From the NCBI GenBank assembly GCA_963796755.1, contig CAWCMX010000001.1, forward strand, positions 1,558,556 through 1,622,555: DNA of 64,000 bases, read 5' to 3'. Below, in pieces: positions 53,430-63,242 of the stretch. Within the stretch, counting starts at the first letter, position 1. Every line of letters begins with the position of its first letter. The notes below the pieces were generated by a model. It ran no database searches. It was not told the origin of the DNA and saw nothing but the letters and a program-made list of their open reading frames with translations. The position numbers and the translations under genes are program-made. This DNA comes from an uncultured Acidimicrobiia bacterium (lineage in GTDB: Bacteria > Actinomycetota > Acidimicrobiia > IMCC26256 > JAENVU01).

Positions 53430-54725
53430 GTGCGTAGCCGCGACGAGCTCTACCGGCGGGCGCTCGCGCGCATCCCCGGTGGCGTCAGCTCCCCCGTGCG
53501 GGCGTTCAACGCGGTCGGCGGCACGCCGTTCTTCGTCGAGCGGGCCGAGGGCGCGTACATCTACGACACCGAGGGCCACCGCTATCTCGACTTCGTGCAG
53601 TCATGGGGTGCGTCGATCCTCGGCCACGCCGACCCCGGCGTCGTCGAGGCGATCCAGCGCGCGGCAACGGCCGGCACCTCGTACGGCGCGCCGACCGAGC
53701 GCGAGGTCGAGCTCGCCGAGCTGATCGCCGAGCGGATGCCGAGCGTGGAAAAGGTGCGCCTCGTCTCGAGCGGGACCGAAGCGACCATGACCGCGGTGCG
53801 GTTGGCCCGCGGCTTCACCGGTCGCAACAAGGTGCTGAAGTTCGCCGGCTGCTACCACGGCCATCTCGACGCGTTGCTGGTCGCCGCGGGGAGCGGTCTC
53901 GCGACGCTCGGGCTCCCGGGGTCGGCGGGCGTCACCCCGGGCGCGGTCGCCGACACGCTCGTGGTGCCCTTCAACGACATCGATGCGCTCGACGCCGCGT
54001 TCGCGGCGAACGGCGCCGACATCGCAGGCGCGCTGGTCGAGCCGGTCGCCGCCAACATGGGTCTGGTCCCTCCCGATCCGGGCTTCCTCGAGCACCTCGC
54101 CCAGCGCTGTGCCGAGCACGGCGCGCTGTTCGTCTGTGACGAGGTGATCACCGGGTTCCGGATCGGACCCGGCGGGGCACAGGGTCGCTTCGGCCTGCGC
54201 CCGGACCTCACGATCCTCGGCAAGGTCATCGGTGGCGGCCTTCCGCTGGCCGCGGTCGGGGGCCGGGCGGAGGTCATGGACCATCTCGCGCCCCTCGGCG
54301 ACGTGTACCAGGCGGGCACCCTCTCGGGGAACCCGCTCGCCACCGCGGCCGGGCTCGCGGCGCTGCACGCGCTCGAACCCGCCGACTACGAGACGCTCGA
54401 GCGCCGGGTCACCGGGTTCACGACCGCGTTGCACGATGCGATCGCGGGCACTGGTCTCGACGTGCAGGTCCCGCGCGCCGCGACGCTGGCCGGCCTGTTC
54501 TTCGCGTCGAGCCCGGTCCGGAGCTACGCAGACGCGAAGGCCGGCGACCACGCGGCGTACGCGCACTTCTTCCACGCCATGCTCGACCGCGGGGTGTTCC
54601 TCGCGCCGAGCAGCTACGAGGTGATGTTCGTGAGCCTCGCGCACACCGACGACGAGCTCGCGCGGACCGTCGTGCTCGCGACCGAGGCCGCCGGAGACGT
54701 GTCGCGCGCGCTCACACAGGCCTAG
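53430..54725 (+). CDS. hemL: Glutamate-1-semialdehyde 2,1-aminomutase
   Basis: PGGVSSPVRAF, SGTEAT, GCYHGH, DEVITGFR, YQAGTLSGNP. Confidence 0.96.
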   Translation: MRSRDELYRRALARIPGGVSSPVRAFNAVGGTPFFVERAEGAYIYDTEGHRYLDFVQSWGASILGHADPGVVEAIQRAATAGTSYGAPTEREVELAELIAERMPSVEKVRLVSSGTEATMTAVRLARGFTGRNKVLKFAGCYHGHLDALLVAAGSGLATLGLPGSAGVTPGAVADTLVVPFNDIDALDAAFAANGADIAGALVEPVAANMGLVPPDPGFLEHLAQRCAEHGALFVCDEVITGFRIGPGGAQGRFGLRPDLTILGKVIGGGLPLAAVGGRAEVMDHLAPLGDVYQAGTLSGNPLATAAGLAALHALEPADYETLERRVTGFTTALHDAIAGTGLDVQVPRAATLAGLFFASSPVRSYADAKAGDHAAYAHFFHAMLDRGVFLAPSSYEVMFVSLAHTDDELARTVVLATEAAGDVSRALTQA

Positions 54726-54742
54726 GCGATCGAGGCGCACCG

Positions 54743-55669
54743 GTGACCCGTCCGTTCCGCTTCGGAGTCTCCCTGGCCGACGCGCGCGACCGGGCGGCGT
54801 GGCGGGAGCAGGCCCGCACTGCGGAAGCGCTGGGCTACGACGTGCTCCTGGTCGCGGATCACCTGACCGACTCGCTCGCCCCGGTGCCGGCACTCATGGC
54901 CGCCGCCGACGCGACGACCACGCTGCGGGTGGGGTCGTTCGTGCTCGCGAACGACTTCCGTCACCCGGCCCTGGTGGCCCGGGAGGCGGCGACCGTGGAC
55001 CTGCTCACGGACGGCCGCTTCGAGCTCGGGCTCGGGGCCGGCCACATGCGCTGGGAGTACGACGAGGTGGGAATCCCCTTCGTCCCGGCCGGGGATCGGG
55101 TGGGCCGCCTCGAGGAGTCCGTCCAGGTCGTGCGGGCCCTCCTCGACGGCGAGCCGGTCGAGTTCTCCGGTGAGCACTACGAGATCTCGGGTCACCGGTC
55201 GTACCCGCCCCGCCCGCACGTGCCGCTGCTGATCGGCGGGAACGGCAACCGGGTGCTCGCCCTCGCGGGCCGCCACGCCGACATCGTCAGCTTCGTGGGG
55301 TTCCATCAGGTCGACGGCAGCGCGGATGTCGCGCTGAGCCACTTCCGCGCTGCGGGCCTCGAGGATCGGCTGGCGGTCGTGCGCGCCGCGGCCGGCGATC
55401 GGTTCGGCGACCTCGAGCTGAACGTCCTCGTCCAGTCGGTGACGGTGACCGAAGACCGCGCCGGCGCGGCCGACGAGCTGAGCCGCCGGGTCGCCGAGCT
55501 CTCACCCGAGGATGCCGCCGAGTCGCCGTTCCTGCTGCTCGGCACCCACGACGAGATCGAGCAGGACCTGCTCGATCGACGCGACCGCTTCGGGATCTCC
55601 TACGTCGTGGTCTTCGGTCCGGCGATGGAAGCGCTCGCTCCCGTCGTGGACCGTCTGCGCGGCCGCTGA
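54743..55669 (+). CDS. F420-dependent LLM class oxidoreductase (TIGR03621-like)
   Basis: RPFRFGV, VADHL, NDFRHPALVAREAAT, GRFELGLGAG. Confidence 0.88.
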   Translation: MTRPFRFGVSLADARDRAAWREQARTAEALGYDVLLVADHLTDSLAPVPALMAAADATTTLRVGSFVLANDFRHPALVAREAATVDLLTDGRFELGLGAGHMRWEYDEVGIPFVPAGDRVGRLEESVQVVRALLDGEPVEFSGEHYEISGHRSYPPRPHVPLLIGGNGNRVLALAGRHADIVSFVGFHQVDGSADVALSHFRAAGLEDRLAVVRAAAGDRFGDLELNVLVQSVTVTEDRAGAADELSRRVAELSPEDAAESPFLLLGTHDEIEQDLLDRRDRFGISYVVVFGPAMEALAPVVDRLRGR

Positions 55670-55688
55670 CCCGGCCGCGGCCCTCGGA

Positions 55689-55913
55689 TCACTCGTCGGG
55701 CGTGCGGCGCTTCCGGACGCGGTCCATGTAGAAGATCGCGGCGATGAAGATCCAGAAGAAGACCGCGAGCAGCACGAACGCGAGGCCACCGGCGCCGTTG
55801 TCACCACCCGCGTCGACGAGCTGACCGTTCGTGCAACCGCTGGCGAGCACGACGAGCATCGCCAGCGCGGCGATGCGGGTGGCGCGCATCCAGGATCCGG
55901 GGGTGCGGGTCAT
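55689..55913 (-). CDS. Small lipoprotein-like/TM accessory protein, last gene of the Rieske/cyt b operon
   Basis: LASG-C lipobox, then one TM and a basic tail. Confidence 0.65.
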   Translation of the reverse strand: MTRTPGSWMRATRIAALAMLVVLASGCTNGQLVDAGGDNGAGGLAFVLLAVFFWIFIAAIFYMDRVRKRRTPDE

Positions 55914-55922
55914 CCGAGGCTC

Positions 55923-56813
55923 CTAGACCTTCTCTGGGATGCGTTCGACGTCGGTGCCGGCCTTGGCGTCCGCCTCGGCCTGCGCGGCGGCGGCCTGCTC
56001 CTGCAGGTCCCGCTCCCGCCAGTGCAGGCTGAGCAGCGAGAGCGTGAACAGGATCGCCGACGCGCACAGCGCCACGAACGGCGGCACCCGCACCGAGCCG
56101 AGGTCACGCTCGAACACGAGCGTGTTGATGGGCTTCGACGCGTCGCACTTCGGGGTCGGCGGCGGGTCGCCGAACGGAACGATCTGCGCCTCCTGGTCGA
56201 TCGGGCAGATGTTCACGACCGCGTAGTGCGGCTTGTGCAGGCTGATGTGGACCAGCGGGAACTGGCCGTTGACGTCGAAGGTCTTCTGGCTGAAGAGGTT
56301 CCCGCCCCCGACCTCGTAGTAGGTCGGCACGAGGTAGTCCGTCGACTCGGTGTAGAGCGTGTACTTGTTGCCCGCGGCCACGGCGGTGGACCCCGGCGTG
56401 CCGGCGGGGGTCACGACGACCTGGTCGACCGTTGCCTTCACGTTCGACTGCTCGGTCGGGTCTGTGACCTCGTCGGCCTTGGTGATGGCGCGCACCGCCG
56501 GGATCTTCGACTTGGAGAGATCCCCGCCCTTGATCGACTCCACGGCCTTCCAGGTCGGGACGCGTCCCTTGAGGGTGTTGAGCGGCGACGCGGTGGTGAG
56601 CCAGAGGCACGAGAGCAGCACCATGAAGCCGGAGAGCCCGGCCGCCGCGACGAGGAAGCCGAGGCGCGCGCCGAGGTTCGTGGCCAGCAGCAGGTAGACG
56701 CTGCCGCAGAACAGGCTCACGCCCGCCACCACCACGAGCACCCCGAGGATGGTCGGGTACCAGAGGTCGCGGTTCGGGATCCCCGCCTCCGCGGCCAGGA
56801 CGAAGAGTCTCAC
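55923..56813 (-). CDS. Hypothetical three-TM protein with extracytoplasmic domain
   Basis: FCGSVYLLLATNLGARLGFL, Cys pair (NICP...PKCD), RDLGSVRVPP. Confidence 0.8.
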   Translation of the reverse strand: MRLFVLAAEAGIPNRDLWYPTILGVLVVVAGVSLFCGSVYLLLATNLGARLGFLVAAAGLSGFMVLLSCLWLTTASPLNTLKGRVPTWKAVESIKGGDLSKSKIPAVRAITKADEVTDPTEQSNVKATVDQVVVTPAGTPGSTAVAAGNKYTLYTESTDYLVPTYYEVGGGNLFSQKTFDVNGQFPLVHISLHKPHYAVVNICPIDQEAQIVPFGDPPPTPKCDASKPINTLVFERDLGSVRVPPFVALCASAILFTLSLLSLHWRERDLQEQAAAAQAEADAKAGTDVERIPEKV

Positions 56814-56826
56814 GCGTGCTCCCCCA

Positions 56827-58092
56827 CTAGAGGTTCCGCTCGTACTTGATGATCGCGTCGATCTGTTCTTTCGACAGGATGTTCCCGAAGTGCGCCATGC
56901 CGCCGCTCGAGATGCCGCGCACGCCGTAGCCCTTCTCCGCCACCGCGCCGTTCGCGACCCAGTCGTACTGCTTCTCGAAGCCCGGCGTGCTGGTGTCGTC
57001 CGCCGGCAGCCCCGGGAACTGCTCGAGGACCGCCCCGCCGCGCAGCGACGGACCGAACGCCCCGCTGCCCGCCGGTGACGGGGGCGGCACGGTCGGCTTG
57101 GCGGGGTCGTTGTAGGACCAGCCCTTGGTGTGGCAGCGGGCGCAGTTGACGTCGAAGAGCAGCTCGCCCTGGCCGGCGCTCGCGATCTGGGTCTCGAACG
57201 CCTTCGAGTTCACGATCGCCTGCTGGGCGGCGGTGATGATCAGCTCGGCGGCCTCGCGGCCTTTGGGCGTCTCGGCGAGCGGGAGCGCCTTCTGCGCGGT
57301 CGCGAGGTTGGCCTCGGCGTCGGCGACTGCGGTCTTGGCCTGGAGCTTCAGCGCGGCCACGTTCTGGAGGACCTGGGCCTTGGCCTTGGCCGGCGAGAGC
57401 TGGATGCTCTTGAGGTAGGCGACGATGTCGCTGATCGCCTGGTCGTTCTTCGGCCCGCCGCCCTCGATGCCCCAGGCGGGCATCGGGGTGCCGGCTCTCC
57501 CGTAGGTGATGATCTGGGTGACCTGTTGCTCGGTCCGGATGCAGTTCGGGGCCTTGGCGGCGACCTCTTCGTCGGTGCAGTCGTTGAACCGGTACATCAC
57601 CGTGTTGAGCGCCGGCGCCTTCCAGGTGACCGAGACCGGTCGCGCCTTCAGGTCACCGATCGCGTCGGGGGTGATCGTGTAGACGGCCGACCCGCCCCCG
57701 GCGTCCGTGCCGTGGCAGTCCGCGCAGAGCAGCGACTTCGTCGGGTCGTACGCGGGCATCTGCGCGTTGGCGAACAGCGTCGCGCCGCGCGCGACGGCCC
57801 GTTCGTCGAATCCCTGCGCCTCGGCCGTCTGCCGGCCGGGCTCGAGCACCCAGTACACCGGCAGGACGATGGCGATGATGGTGGAGAAGAGCAGCGTCCA
57901 GCGGAGCACGCGCTCGAGGTGCTGGCCTTCGAGCGTCTCGTCGTCCAGGAACGGCGTGAGGTTCTGGGCCGGCTTCTCCTTGGGGACGCGCCGGACGCTG
58001 AACACCTTGTACCCGATGACCACTGCGATCACCGCGACCGCGGCGACGTTGATGATCACGAGAATGGTGCGGAAGGTCAGGGCCAGGATCAC
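56827..58092 (-). CDS. Membrane-anchored di-heme c-type cytochrome
   Basis: CADCH with TPMPAWG; CARCH with GGMAHFG; two N-terminal TMs. Confidence 0.92.
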   Translation of the reverse strand: MILALTFRTILVIINVAAVAVIAVVIGYKVFSVRRVPKEKPAQNLTPFLDDETLEGQHLERVLRWTLLFSTIIAIVLPVYWVLEPGRQTAEAQGFDERAVARGATLFANAQMPAYDPTKSLLCADCHGTDAGGGSAVYTITPDAIGDLKARPVSVTWKAPALNTVMYRFNDCTDEEVAAKAPNCIRTEQQVTQIITYGRAGTPMPAWGIEGGGPKNDQAISDIVAYLKSIQLSPAKAKAQVLQNVAALKLQAKTAVADAEANLATAQKALPLAETPKGREAAELIITAAQQAIVNSKAFETQIASAGQGELLFDVNCARCHTKGWSYNDPAKPTVPPPSPAGSGAFGPSLRGGAVLEQFPGLPADDTSTPGFEKQYDWVANGAVAEKGYGVRGISSGGMAHFGNILSKEQIDAIIKYERNL

Positions 58093-58138
58093 GGTTTCCT
58101 CTTCGGCTCTGTGAGGGCGGGAGCGGGACGGGTCCGGG

Positions 58139-59012
58139 TCACCCGACGCAGAACGGGCCTTCGGCGCCCTGTCCGGTCGTGTCGGTGCCGATGGGCGGGC
58201 CGGTGACGGGCAGACCCGAGGTGTCGATCACGACCTTCTGGCCGCTGATGCTGACGACCCAGTGGTCGAGGCCGCGGGGGGCCGGGCCACCCCGCTTCTC
58301 ACCGACGCGGTTGTACTTCGAGCCGTGGCAGGGGCACTCGAACCATTGCGACTGCTGGCACCAGGGCACCCGGCAGCCGAGGTGGACGCACTTCTGGTAC
58401 AGCGCCACCATGCCGAGCTCCATGCCGGGCAGCACCTTCTGGTACTGCGCGATCTTCGCGGCCTTCTTGACGTCGGCCTTCGGGTACGGCTGCAGGTAGG
58501 TCCGGGCCTCGGGCACGTAGAACGGCGCCTTCTTGCTCGCCCAGTACGCCTCGATGTCGGAGAGCGCGGCGCCGGCGTCGATGCGGCCACCGAAGCCGCC
58601 GGCCGACGAGGCGTACAGGAAGCTGATCGCCGCGGCGCCGAACGCCCCGAGGCTGAGGGCCATCGTGATGAGGATCCCCCGGTTGAAGAACTGGCGGCGG
58701 CTGATCCCGAGCTCTTCCTCGTCGACGGGGGGCCGCTCCATGACCGCGGTGGAGCCCCGCGTCGCGGGGGCGGCGCCGCCCGAGCCGATGGCCTTGCGGG
58801 TGTCATCGGCGCGCTCGCGCGCTTCGCTGGACTCGTCGTCGGCCTCGCCCGGCGGCGCCGACGCTCTGGTCGGTCTGGCGGGTCTCCGCGCTGAGGGTCC
58901 CGGTGACCCGCCCCTCGGGGTCCGAGGCGGCCCGCTTGCGACCGGTGGCGATGATCATCACGGCGGCCAGGATGAGCAGGACCGGGATGGCGATGATGAG
59001 GGCGGTGGACAC
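58139..59012 (-). CDS. Rieske 2Fe-2S subunit (frame slip near 58850)
   Basis: ISRRQFF Tat motif, CVHLGC and CPCHGSKY boxes, GPAPRGL; extra N-terminal TM. Confidence 0.93.
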
Positions 59013-59024
59013 GGAAGTCTGCTC

Positions 59025-59865
59025 CTACAGCTCGAAGAAGATGCCGTCGTTCCAGGGGAACACGAAGTTGAAGCCCGGCCCCCGGAAGAACGACCCGATG
59101 ATGACGAGCACGGCCCAGAACATGAGGAAGATCGTGAAGATCGAGATCACGAACTTCCGGTCCTCGGGCTTGTTCGACGGGTTCTTGTCGATGTACGGAG
59201 CCACGATCAGCAAGAAGATGCCCATGCCCGGGATGGTCACGCCCGCGACCATCGGGTGGAACATCGTGAGGAGCTCCTGCAGACCGAGGAAGTACCACGG
59301 AGCCTTCGACGGGTTCGGCGTCTGGTTGACGTCGGCGAGGCCGAGGAGCGGGGCGCGCACGATCGCCGAGAAGATGAGGAGGACCGCGGTCATCGCGAGG
59401 ATCGCCGCGAACTCGACGACGAGCAGGTGCGGCCAGGTGTGGACCTTGTCCTGGGCCTCGGCGCGGGTCTGCTGAATCGAGCCGGACTTCACGACGGTCA
59501 GCAGCCGCTGGGTGTGGCCGCCCGGGCCGGTCATCGTCGGGACCGGCGCCGCCTTGACCGCGGTCGCGGTGGCGGTACCGCCGGCTGCCGCGGCCGCCGG
59601 TGCGCCGGCGTCGCCCGACAGCGCCGCCTTCCGGCGCCGGGACCGCTCGAGGAGGTGGGCGGGGACGCCACCCTTGTCCTCGGTGACCGCGTCGGCGTCA
59701 GCACTCGCGGCTGCGGCCGGAGCGGCCTGCCTCGGCCGGGGCTTCCGCTTCGCCGCCTTCGGGCGCGGCGGCCTCGGCCGCTTCGCCTTCCTCGCCGGTC
59801 GGCAGGCCGAGCTGCTTGCGCCGCTCGGCGCTGCGCTTCAGCAGGTGTTCGGGGATCTCGGGCAT
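59025..59865 (-). CDS. Cytochrome b6f subunit IV-like protein with N-terminal extension (frame slip near 59725)
   Basis: HTWPHLL, TPNPSKAPWYFLGLQELL, APYID; N-terminus MPEIPEHLLKRS. Confidence 0.88.
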
Positions 59866-59881
59866 CGAAGTCGTCCTCCCC

Positions 59882-60685
59882 CTACAACGGCCCGGAGAGG
59901 CCGCCGTCCTTGCGGACTCGCCAGAAGTGGACTGCCATGAAGATCACGATCACGAAGGGCAGCAGCAGGACGTGCAGCGTGTACCACCGCAGCAGCGTGT
60001 CGCCGCTGATCTCCTTCGAACCGAGCAGTGCGTACCGGATCTGGCCACCGAACACCGGCGTGTAGCCCATCATGTTCGTGCCGACGGTCACGGCCCAGAG
60101 CGCCAGCTGGTCCCACGGCAGCAGGTAGCCGGTGAACGAGAGCAGCAGGGTGAGCGTGAGCAGGATCACGCCGATGACCCAGTTGAACTCACGCGGTGCC
60201 TTGTAGGCCCCGTGGTAGAAGACGCGGCTCATGTGCAGGAACACGGTGAGCACCATGAGGTGCGCGCCCCAGCGGTGCATGTTGCGCACCAGCGAGCCGA
60301 ACCACACCGCGGTCTCGAGCTGCTGCACGTTCGCCCACGCGAGCGCTTCGGTCGGGCGGTAGAAGAACATCAGGAAGATGCCCGTGACGGTGAGCAGGAT
60401 GAACAGGAAGAAGCTCAACCCACCCAGGCAGAGCGTGTAGCTCACCTTCACCGCGTGCCGCTTCACCTTCACCGGGTGCAGGTGGTACAGCACGTTGTTC
60501 ATGATCACGTACGAGCGGTTCCGGGGGCTGTCGGTGTAGCCCTTCCGGAAGATGGAGCCGGGCCGGAAGATCGAGGTCATGACCTGCGAGTTGCCGACGG
60601 TGTCACCGACCTTCTTGCCGCGCTCGCGCAGCTTGACGCCGATGCCTCCGTGCCCGTTTCCGTTGCTCCCGTTGCCGTTGGCCAC
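59882..60685 (-). CDS. Cytochrome b6-like short cytochrome b
   Basis: YTLCLGG, HRWGAHLMVLTVFLH, FTGYLLPWDQ, LHVLLLP...VHFW, C-terminal GLSGPL. Confidence 0.93.
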   Translation of the reverse strand: MANGNGSNGNGHGGIGVKLRERGKKVGDTVGNSQVMTSIFRPGSIFRKGYTDSPRNRSYVIMNNVLYHLHPVKVKRHAVKVSYTLCLGGLSFFLFILLTVTGIFLMFFYRPTEALAWANVQQLETAVWFGSLVRNMHRWGAHLMVLTVFLHMSRVFYHGAYKAPREFNWVIGVILLTLTLLLSFTGYLLPWDQLALWAVTVGTNMMGYTPVFGGQIRYALLGSKEISGDTLLRWYTLHVLLLPFVIVIFMAVHFWRVRKDGGLSGPL

Positions 60686-60760
60686 GAGCGCTCTCTCCTT
60701 GGTGTGCGCGTGATGGGCTTCGCGTTGCTGGTGTCCGGCCGCGAGCCGGACCGGGTGTTG

Positions 60761-61174
60761 CTAGAACCGAACGCCGTATGCGTAGCCGTTGCGGTTGGTG
60801 CGGGTGTGCGGGTCGCCGGCTGCGACCTGCGGAGCGAGCTTGCCGAGGATGATCACGCCGGTCGGGCACCGGTCGACGCAGAGTGCGCACCGCGTGCACA
60901 CGTCCTCGTCCACGATGAACGCGACATGGTCGTGCGGGTCCTCCCCCGGTTGTTCGGTGCCGACGGCCTCGTCGATGGCCGAGACCGACACCATGTGGAT
61001 GCACTTCCAGGGGCAGATGTCGACGCAGCCCTCGCACAGGATGCACTCGGCCTGGTCGATGTGGAGGAATTGCTTCGGCTTGACCGCCTGGGTGAGGAAG
61101 CTCGGGTCCACCTCCTGGAGGAGGTAGTCCGTCGCGAAGTCGGGCATCGGCGGGTTGGCATCGTTTCTCGCCAT
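60761..61174 (-). CDS. 2x[4Fe-4S] ferredoxin
   Basis: CILCEGCVDICP and CTRCALCVDRCP. Confidence 0.93.
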   Translation of the reverse strand: MARNDANPPMPDFATDYLLQEVDPSFLTQAVKPKQFLHIDQAECILCEGCVDICPWKCIHMVSVSAIDEAVGTEQPGEDPHDHVAFIVDEDVCTRCALCVDRCPTGVIILGKLAPQVAAGDPHTRTNRNGYAYGVRF

Positions 61175-61178
61175 GTCC

Positions 61179-61674
61179 CTAGACCTTCGCCTTCAGTGGT
61201 CGACCGAACCGCGAACGACCGACGACCGCCGGCTTCTCTTCGCTGCTCCTCGGTCTTGGTCTTGCGGTCCTGCCACTTGACGATGATCGCGATCTCGCCC
61301 GCGAAGAACACGAGGTAGATGCCGACGACGATGAGGTCGCGCAAGGACTGCAGGTTGATGCTCGTCGGCCAGTTCCAGCTGTGCATGAACGGGATCTGGG
61401 TCGTCGACTTGATCAGGTACTTGTCCGTCGACCACTGCAGGTACTTGTCGGAGAAGGTGATGTACTCGTGCGGGATGATCGTGTAGCCGAGCAGCATCAG
61501 GCCGAACGTGTAGAAGGCGCCGAACATCGCCTGGGCCCAGGTCGTGGGCTGCTCCTGCTTCGGGCGGCGGAGCATCACGATCACCGGGATCAGCAGGATG
61601 ATGAAGATGATCGAGAACCAGATCAACCGGCCCGCCGGCCGGAGAAAGTGCCAGTCAGGTAGCAGCTGGGGCAT
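61179..61674 (-). CDS. Hypothetical three-TM protein, first gene of the Rieske/cyt b operon (3' frame slip)
   Basis: TWAQAM, YTIIPHEYITFSDKYLQW, LRDLI, reconstructed end SRFGRPLKAKV. Confidence 0.75.
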
Positions 61675-61840
61675 TGGGCCCTCGGTCCTCCATCGGCACC
61701 GGGTCACGCACCCCACGGCTGCGCTCCCCGAAGCCCCTCTGTGGGGTATTTCTCTACCACGCTAGATGGCGCAGGGACACATCGGAGTGCAGGCGGCGAA
61801 TGGGCCACCGGTGCACTCCCGCCGAGCGTTGTGCGCGACG

Positions 61841-63134
61841 ATGCTGGCCATGGAAAGCGCACGCTACGACGCGTTGGTCGTGGGAGCCGGACCGGCCGGT
61901 GCATCGGCCGCCTTCTGGCTCGCGCAGCACGGTCACTCGGTGCTCGTGGTGGACAAGAAGCGCTTCCCGCGCGAGAAGACCTGCGGCGACGGTCTGACGC
62001 CGCGGGCGGTCCGCCAGCTCGACGACATGGGCCTCGCGTCCGGCGCTCGAGGGGTTCCAGCGCTACGAGGGCCTCCGGTCGATGGCCCACGGCGTCACCC
62101 TCGAGCTGCGTTGGCCGCGGCACCCCGACTTCCCCGACCACGGGTACGTGGTCCGGCGCCGGGACCTGGACGAGATGGTCGCGGACCGGGCGGTCAAGGC
62201 CGGCGCCACCCTCTGGCCGGCGAGCGAGGCGGTCGCCCCGCTGGTGGAGGGCGGGCTGGTCACCGGGGCGACGATCCGCCGGGCCGAGAGCGGGGTCACG
62301 GAGACGGTCCGGGCCCGGGTGGTCGTCGTCGCCGACGGTGCGAATTCCCGGTTCGGGCGGGCCCTCGGGACCCAGCGGGACCGGTCGTACCCGATGGGCA
62401 TGGCGATTCGCGGCTATTTCACCAGTCCGTACCACGACGAGCCGTGGATCGAGAGCCACCTGGACCTGCGGGACCGGGATGGGAACTACATGCCCGGATA
62501 TGGGTGGATCTTTCCGGTTGGTGACGGGACGATCAACGTGGGGGTCGGCCTCCTGGACACCTACACCGGGTTCAAGGCCGTCAACACCACCAAATTGATG
62601 GACGCCTTCATCGCCACCGCGCCGGCCCGCTGGGGCATCTCGCCGGAGACGTCCTGCGGTCCCCCGACCGGCGGCAAGCTGCCCACGGGCGGATCCGTGA
62701 CCCCGAAGGCAGGCCCCACCTGGATCGTCGCCGGCGACGCCGCCGGGTCGATCAACCCGTTCAACGGCGAGGGCATCGCCTACGCGTACGAGACCGGCCG
62801 GATGGTCGCCGACGCGGTCCACGAGACCCTGGTGACCGGCGACGGCCTGGCGCTCGCCCGCTACCCGGACCAGCTCGACGCCCGCTACGGCGAGTACTTC
62901 AAGGTGGCGCGCACGTTCGTGAAGGTGATCGGCAACCCGGCGGTCATGCGCGAGCTGACCCGGGTCGGGATGCAGTCCCACACGCTCATGGAGTGGGTGC
63001 TGCGGATCATGGCGAACCTGCTGCGCCCCGACGAGATCGGCCCGGCCGAGGCGGCGTACAAGGTGGTCGAGCGGCTCGTCGCGGTCATGCCCGACCCGTC
63101 CCCGGTCGGGCTCGGTGCCGCGCGGCGTTCGTAG
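61841..63134 (+). CDS. menJ: Geranylgeranyl/menaquinone reductase (MenJ-like; frame slip near 62045)
   Basis: VVGAGPAG, FPREKTCGDGLTPRAV, GYGWIFP, GDAAGSINPFNGEGIAYA; upstream of nuoA. Confidence 0.82.
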
Positions 63135-63242
63135 GGCTCCGGGCGCGCCGCGGTCGCGATCCCGAGAACTTGGGGGCGGCCGGTTCCCGCGAGGTAGCCT
63201 CGCCCCGAACTGTCCGGACGTGTCGACGAAGGGGAGCGAGCG

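Noticed and set aside
49926-53579. 1217-aa minus-strand ORF and similar long antisense ORFs
   Set aside because: Shadow frames opposite hemC-cobA-hemB caused by high GC3; no recognisable motifs
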